From NCBI GenBank assembly GCA_025358765.1, contig JANYIG010000093.1, forward strand, positions 1-63,354: 63,354 nucleotides of DNA, in the 5' to 3' direction. Below, piece by piece: positions 49,011 through 58,702 of this stretch. Each line of letters opens with the position of its first letter. Position 1 is the stretch's first letter. The stretch is from Candidatus Kapaibacterium sp. (GTDB lineage Bacteria > Bacteroidota > Ignavibacteria > Kapaibacteriales > UBA4661). Below the pieces are notes generated by a model that worked only from the letters and a program-made list of their open reading frames with translations, did not search any database and was not told the DNA's origin. The position numbers were made by a program, and so were the translations under genes.

Positions 49011-49925
49011 ATGTCCTCCAAACCCCTTGAGTTATTGCGTAGTCTGAATCTGCCCACGCACGATTATGTGATTTTGGGCAGCGCCCCGCTGTTCGCGCAC
49101 GGCTTAATTCCCTCGTTAGAACACGATGTGGATGTTGTCGCCCGTAACGCAGCGTGGAAAGCTGCCTGTAGCATTATGTCGTCTGTGCGTGGTGCGAAGG
49201 GTGATTTAGTTGTACGGCTTTTTGACGGCATGGTGGAAATTTTCGACGGTTGGTCACCCATGCAATGGGATATTGATGAGATCATTGAATGTGCCGACAT
49301 CATAGACGGATTGCCGTTTGCGCGTTTAGAGTACGTGCTGGAATTCAAGCGTGTTCTCAATCGCCCTAAAGACCAAGTTCATATTCGGCTTATTGAACCA
49401 TATCTTCAAACCATATCTTCAAACCATATCTACACATCTATGACCACAGCTCATTTTCTTGACCAGCTTGACTACACGCTTTGGGGTAACAAACGCGCTA
49501 TCGCAAGTCTTGAAACGCTCCAACAGCAAAATATCGCGCCGCCAGAACGTGCAGTGCAGATTATGTCGCATATCGTTGCCGCGCAGCATATCTGGTACGC
49601 ACGGGTGGCTGGAAAACCAGATGTAGCGCTGCCTGTGTGGGGCGAACTTTCCTTCGCGGAAATGAACGAACGTATTCTTAGTATTCATACAGCGTGGGTG
49701 AAATACCTTAAAGGCAAGACGGACGCTGAGTTACCGTCGCTTTCATTCAGCTACAAAAACTCCCTTGGACAGGAATATACAAACACGCTGCTCGAAATCG
49801 TGACGCATTTCCCGATTCATTCGGAGCATCATCGTGGTCAAATTGCTTTGTTGGTGCGGCAAGCAGGCGGTACACCCGTAAATACAGATTACATCCAGTT
49901 TGCCCGCGAAGAGCACAAACGATAA
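49011..49925 (+). CDS. Apparent fusion of a nucleotidyltransferase-like domain (49011-49439) and a DinB domain (from ATG 49440)
   Basis: VILGSAPL--HG...DVDV...RPKD (NTase GS/DxD); SHIVAAQ-IW...H---HS-HHRGQI...TDY (DinB). Confidence 0.7.
   Translation: MSSKPLELLRSLNLPTHDYVILGSAPLFAHGLIPSLEHDVDVVARNAAWKAACSIMSSVRGAKGDLVVRLFDGMVEIFDGWSPMQWDIDEIIECADIIDGLPFARLEYVLEFKRVLNRPKDQVHIRLIEPYLQTISSNHIYTSMTTAHFLDQLDYTLWGNKRAIASLETLQQQNIAPPERAVQIMSHIVAAQHIWYARVAGKPDVALPVWGELSFAEMNERILSIHTAWVKYLKGKTDAELPSLSFSYKNSLGQEYTNTLLEIVTHFPIHSEHHRGQIALLVRQAGGTPVNTDYIQFAREEHKR
49396..49431. repeat. 13-bp tandem repeat AACCATATCTTCA (2 full copies plus 10 bp)
   Basis: Read directly at the domain junction. Confidence 0.9.
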
Positions 49926-49943
49926 ACCCATTACCTAATTTGT

Positions 49944-50900
49944 ATGAGTCAGTGGCAATTTTGTGTACTTGGCACGAAAGCAGGTGGAGCGCCCCTTGTA
50001 AAGCGGCATTCCTCCTCAACTGCACTGCTACTACCCTCCACAACGTTGTTGTTTGATTGTGCCGAACACACGCAAGTACAGCTTCTTCGTGCGGGCATCT
50101 CGCGTGCGAATATTGACCACATATTTCTATCGCATCTGCACGGCGACCACATCCTGGGTTTGCCCGGCTTGATTTCGACATTTGCTGGCGAAAATCGCTC
50201 TCGACCGCTTCATATCTACGCTCCAAACAATGGCGACCACAACCTTGAAGAATGGCTTCGCTATGGGCTGCGGATGATGGATATTACGGGTTCCCATGGC
50301 GCGGAAGAATTTCCGATTCATATTCACGAATTGCACGAGACCACGAATGGCGTTATTTATCAAACAGCCAACCAAACGTCGGGCTTCACGGTATCAGCAA
50401 GAATGCTGGAGCATCGCATCACGAGTTTTGGTTTTCGCGTGGATGAAATTTCCCAGCCCAATATTGACCTTGTACGCGCTGCCGCGCTTGGTTTGGAGCC
50501 GGGCAAACGTTTAGGCGACATCAAACGTTTGGGTCGTGTGCAACTTGACGACGGGCGCGTGATTCGGCTTGAGGACATCAGCAGCCCGCCACGCAAGCCG
50601 CGGAGCTTTGTGTATTGCGGCGACACGCGTGTTTGCGCGGCAACGGTCGAACTTGCCCGCAATGCTTCGGTGATGGTGCATGAGGCTACGTTTGCCGATG
50701 AAATACTCGACAAAGCCTCCGAGCGGTATCATTGCACTGGCTCGCAAGCGGCTTCCCAAGCGCTATTAGCAAACGTAGAGCGACTCTACCTCACTCACTT
50801 TAGCGTTCGGTACAAAACCCTGCGTCCAATGCTGCATCAGGCACGGCGCGTATTTCCGCATACGGTCATTGCCAAAGAGCTTCGTATCGAGACAATATGA
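49944..50900 (+). CDS. rnz: Ribonuclease Z
   Basis: LGT-AG-P, LFDCAE-TQ, SHLHGDHILGLPG, exosite arm, GDT, HEATF, THFS-RY. Confidence 0.92.
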   Translation: MSQWQFCVLGTKAGGAPLVKRHSSSTALLLPSTTLLFDCAEHTQVQLLRAGISRANIDHIFLSHLHGDHILGLPGLISTFAGENRSRPLHIYAPNNGDHNLEEWLRYGLRMMDITGSHGAEEFPIHIHELHETTNGVIYQTANQTSGFTVSARMLEHRITSFGFRVDEISQPNIDLVRAAALGLEPGKRLGDIKRLGRVQLDDGRVIRLEDISSPPRKPRSFVYCGDTRVCAATVELARNASVMVHEATFADEILDKASERYHCTGSQAASQALLANVERLYLTHFSVRYKTLRPMLHQARRVFPHTVIAKELRIETI

Positions 50901-51022
50901 AGGAATTATTCCGAAATGATTTTGCAATAAGTTTCCAGACAAAATTTCAGCAAAATCTGAGAATATCGTAAATTCGTATTCTCTTCACTCTATTTTTTAT
51001 CATTTTTCGTAACGGACATTTC

Positions 51023-51436
51023 ATGAGAAACACCCTAAACAAAACGCTAATCGCAGCGGCAATCTTTTTCGCTGCAACATTTGTCTATGCCCAAAAAAGC
51101 ACAGAATGGAAAGAAAAAGAAACATTCCACGATGTGATGGCAAAAACATTCCATCCAATGGAAGAGGGCAACTTGAAACCCATCATAGCACGTGCGAGCG
51201 AGCTGTCAGATAAAGCAAAAGCGTGGGCGAGTGCTATGCCACCAAAACAATTCGATAAACCCGTTATCAAAGAACTTCTTGGCAAACTGAGCACCGAATC
51301 AAAGGCGCTCGCTGACCTCGTAGCAGCAAAGGGCGACGAAGCTGCTATCAAAAAATCCCTTCATGCACTGCATGAGCGCTTCCACGAGGTTGCTGGCGCG
51401 TGTAGTACCGATGAGCATAAAAAAGACAAAAAATAA
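51023..51436 (+). CDS. Secreted His-rich helical protein of unknown function
   Basis: Signal peptide; FHDVM--TFHP and LH-LHERFH motifs. Confidence 0.75.
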   Translation: MRNTLNKTLIAAAIFFAATFVYAQKSTEWKEKETFHDVMAKTFHPMEEGNLKPIIARASELSDKAKAWASAMPPKQFDKPVIKELLGKLSTESKALADLVAAKGDEAAIKKSLHALHERFHEVAGACSTDEHKKDKK

Positions 51437-51452
51437 CACTCTGGTGAATCGA

Positions 51453-51485
51453 AGCAGTAGTGTAGCTTCAAGCCATACTACTGCT
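51453..51485. terminator. Intergenic hairpin (terminator or stability element)
   Basis: AGCAGTAGT...ACTACTGCT stem, weak T tract. Confidence 0.5.
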
Positions 51486-51516
51486 CGTTTATGAACTCAC
51501 AATCAGTCCAATATCA

Positions 51517-52347
51517 ATGAATTACTCTTTTCTAAAAAATACTCTTTTTCTGGCGATTCTCTGCCTTGCGCTTTCCAAGCCGCTTCTGGCGCATGATACG
51601 TGGTTGCTTGCTAGGCAGAGCATACTCATGCCACCCGGTTTGGTGGTGTTTGACTTAACAAGCGGAATGAGCTTCCCAAAACTTGAATACGTCATAAAAA
51701 AAGATCGCGTACAACAAGCTTTGATACGCGTTGGTGGGCTGTTGACTTCAATCGAAGGATTCAATGAAGTTGCTGGGAAATCGCTTCAATTCAGCCTACC
51801 CGCTACAAAACAAGGCTTTGCTGTGTGTTGCGTGGAATTGAAGCCTAAAGAGCTTGAACTCAAAGCCGATAAAGTGCGGGAGTATTTGGCGGAAATTGGC
51901 GCGTCGGATTCGCTCAAAGCCTTGTGGAAGCGGCCGTCGGCGGGCTTGCGTTGGCGCGAACAGTACGTCAAACATGCAAAAACGTTTGTGTCGGTTGGAA
52001 AGCCGGAAGTTGTAAGCAAAATGGATTCATCGTGGTCAAAACCTGTGGGAATGGTGTTGGAAATTGTTCCACAAACGAATCCTCTTTTGCTCAAAGCGGG
52101 CAATACCATGACGGTGCAAGTGCTCAAAAACGGCACTCCGCTTGCGGGCTTCGTGCTGGGCTGCGAGCGCGAGAATGACAGCAAACACGAAGTGCTAAAA
52201 ACTACCGACGCACAAGGCAAAACAACGTTTACACTCAGTAAATCCGGAAAATGGTTGCTGCACGGCACAGAACTTCGCCCTTCCAGCAAGCCTAATCTGG
52301 AGTACGAAAGCGATTTTACAACACTGACCGTCGAGGTTCGTCCATAA
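51517..52347 (+). CDS. DUF4198 domain protein
   Basis: Signal peptide then HDTWL; Y-KHAKTFV, LEIVP--NP, TDAQG, G-WLL, TTLT. Confidence 0.85.
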   Translation: MNYSFLKNTLFLAILCLALSKPLLAHDTWLLARQSILMPPGLVVFDLTSGMSFPKLEYVIKKDRVQQALIRVGGLLTSIEGFNEVAGKSLQFSLPATKQGFAVCCVELKPKELELKADKVREYLAEIGASDSLKALWKRPSAGLRWREQYVKHAKTFVSVGKPEVVSKMDSSWSKPVGMVLEIVPQTNPLLLKAGNTMTVQVLKNGTPLAGFVLGCERENDSKHEVLKTTDAQGKTTFTLSKSGKWLLHGTELRPSSKPNLEYESDFTTLTVEVRP

Positions 52348-52393
52348 TCTGTGAGTTCAGCTCAGGATTTTCCACTTTGTTATCTTCACCGTT

Positions 52394-53056
52394 ATGTACC
52401 ATTCACTGCTTAAAAAATTCGGATTTGCGGCTGTTGCCATCGCTGTAGCATTTGTTTGCGTGTATGGTTTTATGCGGTATTCCGCACCCAAGCAAGAACC
52501 CGTGCAAGCTCATAATCACGCCACTTCTGGCGACCATAAACAATGTGCAGTGAACATTGCTGGAAAGCAACTCCCGTCGCTAACGCTCCGCGATACGGAT
52601 GGACGTGTCGTGCAGGCAGCACAGATGTCCACTGTGCAGCCAGTAATTCTTATTCGCTATCTTGGTTATGGTTGTTCACACTGCATTGAGCAATTATTGG
52701 CGTTGCAAAAAAACACCGACAAACTCAAAGCGCTGAACGCGAAAGTGATTGCCTTTAGCGAAGACGGCGCAGACGAAAATAAAGCGGTCGTAAAGAAGTA
52801 TGGTTTTGACGAAAACGTGTTCACCTTTGCCAGCGACGCGGCGAATATGTCTGCCGACCAGATTGGCGCACTCTACAAAGAAAAAGACGGCACAACAACG
52901 GAGCTTCACGTAGCAATGGTGCTGGAAAACGGCAGAGTGATTTTCGCCAATATGGATACAAAGCCATTTATGGACGTTCAAGTATTGCTCACGCAAGCTT
53001 CGCTCCGACAAAACGAACAAGCCGCACAGCAGAAGGCGCAGCGACCGTCTCTTTAA
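52394..53056 (+). CDS. Membrane-anchored redoxin (AhpC/TSA/TlpA-like)
   Basis: N-terminal TM, LP---L-D-DG, CSHC motif. Confidence 0.8.
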   Translation: MYHSLLKKFGFAAVAIAVAFVCVYGFMRYSAPKQEPVQAHNHATSGDHKQCAVNIAGKQLPSLTLRDTDGRVVQAAQMSTVQPVILIRYLGYGCSHCIEQLLALQKNTDKLKALNAKVIAFSEDGADENKAVVKKYGFDENVFTFASDAANMSADQIGALYKEKDGTTTELHVAMVLENGRVIFANMDTKPFMDVQVLLTQASLRQNEQAAQQKAQRPSL

Positions 53057-53080
53057 GTTTTCGGTTCCTACTTATTTTAG

Positions 53081-53112
53081 CCATTGTACCAAACGCCGTA
53101 CAATGGTTTTTT
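53081..53112 (+). terminator. Rho-independent terminator after the redoxin
   Basis: CCATTGTAC...GTACAATGG followed by TTTTTT. Confidence 0.75.
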
Positions 53113-53158
53113 GATGGCTTTTTTGTTGGGTATTTTGATACGATTACTTGCAACCACC

Positions 53159-53917
53159 ATGAACTTTAAAGATCTCTTTTCTACGCAAGCCGCAGATTAC
53201 GCGAAACACCGCCCGCAGTATCCGCCCGAACTTTTTGCCTACCTTGCTTCGCTTGCTCCAAGCCGCCTCGTTGCGTGGGATTGCGCTACGGGCAATGGGC
53301 AAGCTGCCATTGGGCTTGCGCCGCACTTCCAGCGCGTGATTGCCACCGATGCCAGCGCTAATCAACTTTCTAATGCTCTTGACCATGAAAACATTACGTA
53401 TTGCGTTGCAACGGCGGAAGATTCTGGTTTGGAAACAGCTTCTATAGACCTTTTGACGGTAGCACAAGCAGCACATTGGTTTGATTTCGAGCGATTTTAT
53501 GCAGAGGCAAAGCGTATTCTGAAGCCGCAGGGCGTGATTGCGCTATGGACGTACACAATGGCACAAATTGAGCCAAGTATTGATGCGGCATTTGGAGAAT
53601 TCTACGAAAGTTTAACGCCATATTGGTCGCCAGAGCGCCTTTTGGTGGAGGCTATGTATCAAACGATTCCCTTCCCGTTCGATGAAATCATGCCCGAAAC
53701 AATATCAGCGCCGCCGACGTTTTACATGGAAGTGCAATGGACATTTGCCGATTTTTTGGGGTATCTTGGAACGTGGTCAGCCGTACAAGAATTTATCAAG
53801 CAGCACAAGTACGACCCAGTAGAAGAGTTCGGACGACGTTTGCAGCCGTTATGGACAGAGCCAGATATTGAACGAAAGGCACAGTGGCAAGTATATATGA
53901 GAGTTGGGAGGGTCTAA
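53159..53917 (+). CDS. Class I SAM-dependent methyltransferase
   Basis: FS-QA--YA-HRP-YP, WDCATGNGQAA, VAQAAHWFD. Confidence 0.9.
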   Translation: MNFKDLFSTQAADYAKHRPQYPPELFAYLASLAPSRLVAWDCATGNGQAAIGLAPHFQRVIATDASANQLSNALDHENITYCVATAEDSGLETASIDLLTVAQAAHWFDFERFYAEAKRILKPQGVIALWTYTMAQIEPSIDAAFGEFYESLTPYWSPERLLVEAMYQTIPFPFDEIMPETISAPPTFYMEVQWTFADFLGYLGTWSAVQEFIKQHKYDPVEEFGRRLQPLWTEPDIERKAQWQVYMRVGRV

Positions 53918-53931
53918 CGTCTCCAGCATTT

Positions 53932-55758
53932 TTACTCAGCTTTGTTGGGCGATTTCGACGATTTTTTGAATGCGGAGGCAACATATTTGCGAATTTCGAT
54001 GCCCGTATTGAGCTGGAGTGCCTCCGTGGTGAGCGTAACGGCATCGGTGTAGCTTGTTTTGCGAATGCGCTTTTTGAGTTCCAAAATTACGCTCGGAACC
54101 ACGCTCAACTCTTCAATCCCCAAACCAATAAGCAGTTCCGTAGCCGCCGAATGCCCAGCAAATTCACCACACACCGCCACCGGAATATTATTGAATTGTG
54201 CTGCCTCGACAGTCATCTTAATCAGCCGCAACACGGCGGGATGAAACGAATCATACACGTTGATAATACTTGCGTTCAGGCGGTCAGCGGCGAGCGTATA
54301 TTGGATAAGATCGTTCGTGCCGATGCTAAAAAAATCCGCCAATGCGCCTAATTCTCGCGCCATAAGTGCCGCCGAGGGCGTTTCAATCATCGCGCCAACG
54401 GGCAAGTTATCATCAAAAAGCATTTCATCGTCACGGAGTGATTTTTTTGCCTGTTCTACAATCGCAAGCCCCTTCTGAAATTCCTGCACACTCGTTACCA
54501 TCGGGAGCATGAGCCGCACATTGCGGTGCTGCGAGGCGCGTAAAATAGCGCGAATTTGCCCCATAAACGCTCCCCTGTTTTTAAGCAGAAAGCGTAATCC
54601 CCTGAGTCCAAGTGCTGGGTTAGGTTCCGGAGGCAACATCCCAAACGATTTATCACTTCCGATGTCGAACGCCCGTACCGTGAGTGGAAGCGGATATGCT
54701 CGTTCCGCAAGCTCGGTGTACCATTCAACTTGCTCTTCTTCTGTTGGAAGTCGTTTGAGTTCAATCAGTTGAAGCTCTGTGCGGACGAGTCCTACGCCTT
54801 CGGCTCCACTGGAACGGGCTTCTTCAATTTCGTCGAGCGTATCAGCATTGGCAAAAAGATGAATTTTGCGCCCGTCGCTGGTTTGTGAATTAAGTTTTGT
54901 GAGTCTGCCGAGTTTTTTTTCCCGTTTCTCGAAATCAATACGGCGGCGCTCATATTTGGCAACGGTTTCTGGTTTCGGGTGGATAATAACAATGCCTGCA
55001 TAGCCGTCAATAATCACCGGAACGCCAGAATTGATACGACTGGCAACGTTTGGAACACCAATCACTGAGGGCAGATGCAGCGATCGCGCCAAAATTGCCG
55101 TATGCGAAGCAATGCCGCTGAGTTCCGTCACGAACGCCACCATGCCAGATTTTTTGAAGAGCATCACGTCGGAGGGTGTCAAAACACTGCCCAATACGAT
55201 GCAACCTGCCTCGACATCACGAGTACCAGTGCGGTTACAGAGGTAATCCAAGAGACGATTTTTTACATTGTCTAAATCCATCGCCCGTTCGCGCAAATAC
55301 GTGTCCGGCGCATGTTGCAGAATCCGATGATGTTCGTCAAACACCTGTTGTACAGCGTATTCAGCGGTTATGAGTTGCTCAATGCGCTGTTGAATCATCT
55401 CGCCAACGGTTGGGTCGTTCATAATAAAAAGCTGTGCCTCCAAGATAGGGGCGGCGACGGGGGCTTCCTCTTGCGCCATCACAATAATACGCTGCAATTC
55501 GCTTGTACACTCATGCACAGCCGTCCGAAAGCGCTCCTGCTCGAGTGCGACATCCTGCGCTGCAATAGAATTAGTGCGAATGGTCAGAGGTTCGGTTGTA
55601 TGGGTGATGGCGCGTCCAATCACAATACCGGGCGAGGCGGGTAATCCTTTGAACCGTTTTTCTTTGCGGCGGTCGGATTTTGGCGCGGAACTACGGCGCG
55701 ATGTCGTCACACCTTGAATCAGGGCAGAAAGTTCGTTATGTTCGAGCGCTGTATTCAA
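53932..55758 (-). CDS. ptsI: Phosphoenolpyruvate-protein phosphotransferase (PTS enzyme I); start uncertain
   Basis: SHTAILARS, GVGLVRTE, NPALGLRGLR, MIETP, SIGTNDLIQY, VCGE. Confidence 0.94.
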   Translation of the reverse strand: MNTALEHNELSALIQGVTTSRRSSAPKSDRRKEKRFKGLPASPGIVIGRAITHTTEPLTIRTNSIAAQDVALEQERFRTAVHECTSELQRIIVMAQEEAPVAAPILEAQLFIMNDPTVGEMIQQRIEQLITAEYAVQQVFDEHHRILQHAPDTYLRERAMDLDNVKNRLLDYLCNRTGTRDVEAGCIVLGSVLTPSDVMLFKKSGMVAFVTELSGIASHTAILARSLHLPSVIGVPNVASRINSGVPVIIDGYAGIVIIHPKPETVAKYERRRIDFEKREKKLGRLTKLNSQTSDGRKIHLFANADTLDEIEEARSSGAEGVGLVRTELQLIELKRLPTEEEQVEWYTELAERAYPLPLTVRAFDIGSDKSFGMLPPEPNPALGLRGLRFLLKNRGAFMGQIRAILRASQHRNVRLMLPMVTSVQEFQKGLAIVEQAKKSLRDDEMLFDDNLPVGAMIETPSAALMARELGALADFFSIGTNDLIQYTLAADRLNASIINVYDSFHPAVLRLIKMTVEAAQFNNIPVAVCGEFAGHSAATELLIGLGIEELSVVPSVILELKKRIRKTSYTDAVTLTTEALQLNTGIEIRKYVASAFKKSSKSPNKAE

Positions 55759-55980
55759 GGCGTGCCTTTTTTGTGGAATAATTTATTGTAGAATTACGAA
55801 GGTTGTATCGTTTTCGTCATATCATCTTTGTAGTGTGAATTTAGAAGAACGCGAGGAGAATATCAAGTATTTTACGTAAAGGCAATGATATTTCTGAATA
55901 TTCTTTCATTTTTTGGGTCATTCATGATTTTCAGTAATGGTAGCCTTCTATTATTCCATTCTATTTATTCGCAACATTTC

Positions 55981-56745
55981 CTATGTATATAAGTCCGATG
56001 TATCCGCTTCTGCGAGGTCAATCAAAAACTGTCCTATATAATCCGTCACGGCTTCCGCAAAGGCACGTCCCTTCTCTGGCGTAGATGCTATCGGATTGCC
56101 AACGCCAGTATCTGCCGATATGGTCGTCCATGGGCGCGGCGACCAGACTTTTCCGTCGCGCATTGCCTGAATAATTGGACGTTTTTGCGCCCCCTCGCCC
56201 GCTTCAGCAAGCGGTAATACAAACTCTGGTATGATGTGCATCATCATGCTTGTTTCAAGCTCGCCTGCGTGATCGCCCGGCTCGTCGAAATATGGTTTCG
56301 GGTCAACGCTAGTGTACCAATTTAAAGCGCACAAAAACACTCGTGTGCGTGGCTGTAGCTCTCGAATCATCTGTCGGAAATCATTGCCACCATGACCGTT
56401 AAAAATGACCAATTTCCGAATGCCTTGTCCTTCCAATGCGGAAACAATATCAGCTAGTAATGCCGCTTGGGTGCTGGGGTTCATGTTTAAACACAGTTTG
56501 ATGTCTAATTGGGTTGTGTTCACGCCAAACGGGACGGTTGGAAGCACAATCACCTTCGTATCCGCCTCCCACGCCTTGCGTGCGGCTTCGGCAGCGAGAA
56601 AATCGCACTGTATTGTGTCGGTGGCGTAAGGGAGGTGGTAGTTGTGCGCTTCGGTAGCACCCCACGGCAAAATTGCCACCTCGTAGGGTGTTGATGCTAC
56701 GGTTTTCCATGTTGTTTCGGCAAGGATATAGGGTCTTCCGAGCAT
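55981..56745 (-). CDS. Creatininase family protein
   Basis: LPWGATEAH--HLP--TD, NGHGGN, DHAGELETS. Confidence 0.9.
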   Translation of the reverse strand: MLGRPYILAETTWKTVASTPYEVAILPWGATEAHNYHLPYATDTIQCDFLAAEAARKAWEADTKVIVLPTVPFGVNTTQLDIKLCLNMNPSTQAALLADIVSALEGQGIRKLVIFNGHGGNDFRQMIRELQPRTRVFLCALNWYTSVDPKPYFDEPGDHAGELETSMMMHIIPEFVLPLAEAGEGAQKRPIIQAMRDGKVWSPRPWTTISADTGVGNPIASTPEKGRAFAEAVTDYIGQFLIDLAEADTSDLYT

Positions 56746-56770
56746 AAGAGTTTTTAGTATTGGTAGAATA

Positions 56771-57799
56771 TTATGCCGCCGGAAACTCGCCGCGCAAGAA
56801 TGCCTCTGCTTCTAACACATCCTCGCGGCTACCGATATAAAACGGCGTTCGTTCGTGAATAGCGGTGGGTTTCAGTTCCAGAATACGGCGTACACCATCT
56901 GTTGCACGTCCGCCAGCTTGTTCGACAATCATCGAAAGCGGGTTTGCCTCATACATCAGGCGTAGTTTACCTTTCGGACTACTGCTGTCTGCCGGATACA
57001 TAAAAATTCCACCGTAAATGAGCGTTCTATGTAAATCCGCAATTGCCGAACCCACGTATCGTGCGGAATAGGGGCGTTTGTTGTCGGGTGATGGTGTTTT
57101 TAAATGTTCGATGTATCGTTTTAGGTTGTCGTTCCACTTTGACGAATTACCCTCGTTGACGCTGTAATACTTGCCGCGTGCGGGTATTTGCACTTTTTCA
57201 TCGCTCAAAAGAAATTCGCCAATTGTTGGGTCGTAAGTAAACACATCCACGCCGTTGCCTGTTGTGTAAACGAGTTGGGTACTACTTCCATAACAGACGT
57301 AACCCGCAGCAACCTGGCGCAAACCCTGCTGCAACACGTCTTCGAGCGTTCCGTCGCCAAGATAATCCGGCGTAACACGGCGATAGACAGAAAAAATCGT
57401 TCCAATCGTCACATTGACATCAATATTTGATGAGCCGTCAAGCGGGTCGAAAAGCAGAACGTACTTGCCGCGTGGGTACTCTTGTGGGATAGGGATAAGG
57501 TCTTCGGATTCTTCGCTTGCCATCACGCAGAGGTGTCCGCCGTGATCCATTGCACGAAAAATCGTGTCGTTGGCAATTTGATCGAGCTTTTTAACTTGTT
57601 CGCCATGGACGTTTTGGTTTTCGGTAAGTCCCAAAATATCGTTCAGCCCCGCACGGCGTACATCGCGCGAAATCAGGCGGATTGCCAGCGTTAAGTCTCG
57701 CATTAAACGTGAAAATTCACCAGTAGCCCCGCCGTGCAAATGTTCTTCTTCAGCAATGTGGCGTTCGATTGTAACAACTTTGCTTACGCGCATTCTCAT
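56771..57799 (-). CDS. fbp: Class 1 fructose-1,6-bisphosphatase
   Basis: NVHGEQVKKLD, ASEE, FDPLDGSSNID, ARYVGS, KLRLMYEANP. Confidence 0.96.
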   Translation of the reverse strand: MRMRVSKVVTIERHIAEEEHLHGGATGEFSRLMRDLTLAIRLISRDVRRAGLNDILGLTENQNVHGEQVKKLDQIANDTIFRAMDHGGHLCVMASEESEDLIPIPQEYPRGKYVLLFDPLDGSSNIDVNVTIGTIFSVYRRVTPDYLGDGTLEDVLQQGLRQVAAGYVCYGSSTQLVYTTGNGVDVFTYDPTIGEFLLSDEKVQIPARGKYYSVNEGNSSKWNDNLKRYIEHLKTPSPDNKRPYSARYVGSAIADLHRTLIYGGIFMYPADSSSPKGKLRLMYEANPLSMIVEQAGGRATDGVRRILELKPTAIHERTPFYIGSREDVLEAEAFLRGEFPAA

Positions 57800-58005
57800 T
57801 AGGCATCTCTCCCTTAAAATATAGATGAAAGTAAGAAGGATAGGGGGTAATTTTTGAATGGTAGGAAAAATACTCAAAAGTTCGCCTGTAGCGAATAAAA
57901 TTTTGCAATGGTCAGAAGAAATGTGATGAATTCTTGATAATATAGTATTTATTCACTAAATTTAGCAATGAGGGAATCTGTATCACATTGAGAGTGTTGG
58001 GAGCG

Positions 58006-58614
58006 ATGCAAGACGCAATGACAAACCCGCCAAACCTTTTGCTGGCGAATATTTCATCCTTTGTCGTGGAACTTTTCCAGAACCGTTTGCCCGAGCATTA
58101 CTGTTTTCACAATATTCAGCATACGATTGAAGTTGTTGAGATGGCGGCGCAAATCGGTCAGGCATCAGGCTTGGACGAGGGGCAGATGGAGATCGTTGCC
58201 ATAGCTGCTTGGTTCCACGACACGGGCTATACGGAGCAATATAAAGGTCATGAGGACATTAGTATGCGAATTGCTGGTGATTATTTGCATCATATCGGAT
58301 ACCCTACCGATAAAATTCGCCGTGTTCAATCCTGCATCAACGCCACAAATATCCCTCATGAACCGCATAATCTCATGGAACAGGTGTTGTGCGATGCCGA
58401 TGTAGCTAACATTGGTACGGAAACATTCGTCGCAAAAACCGAGGCACTCCGCCATGAACAAGAAATCTCCTTCGATCGCCATTTTAGCCACGACGAATGG
58501 TATCGCATGAGCATTAAATTCTGCCGTCAGCACCAATTCCACACCGACTACGCCCGCCGCATCTTTTCAAACCAACTTGCTGCTAATATTGCTTTGATGG
58601 AGCAAAGCCTCTAA
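58006..58614 (+). CDS. HD-domain phosphohydrolase
   Basis: FHNIQHT, AAWFHDTG, HE--S, LCDAD. Confidence 0.85.
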   Translation: MQDAMTNPPNLLLANISSFVVELFQNRLPEHYCFHNIQHTIEVVEMAAQIGQASGLDEGQMEIVAIAAWFHDTGYTEQYKGHEDISMRIAGDYLHHIGYPTDKIRRVQSCINATNIPHEPHNLMEQVLCDADVANIGTETFVAKTEALRHEQEISFDRHFSHDEWYRMSIKFCRQHQFHTDYARRIFSNQLAANIALMEQSL

Positions 58615-58702
58615 ATTATACAGCATTAAAGCTCTCTGCGAGAGCAAATGCGAAAAAAAATCTCCAAAAGTCTATTGTCCGAACTATTGTACTAAGTGAG
58701 CC

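Noticed and set aside
55981-56745. Mycofactocin/RiPP pathway creatininase (MftE)
   Set aside because: No radical SAM enzyme or precursor peptide nearby; flanked by fbp and ptsI
57988-58614. Pycsar or other anti-phage system
   Set aside because: No cyclase, TM effector or other defence gene is adjacent
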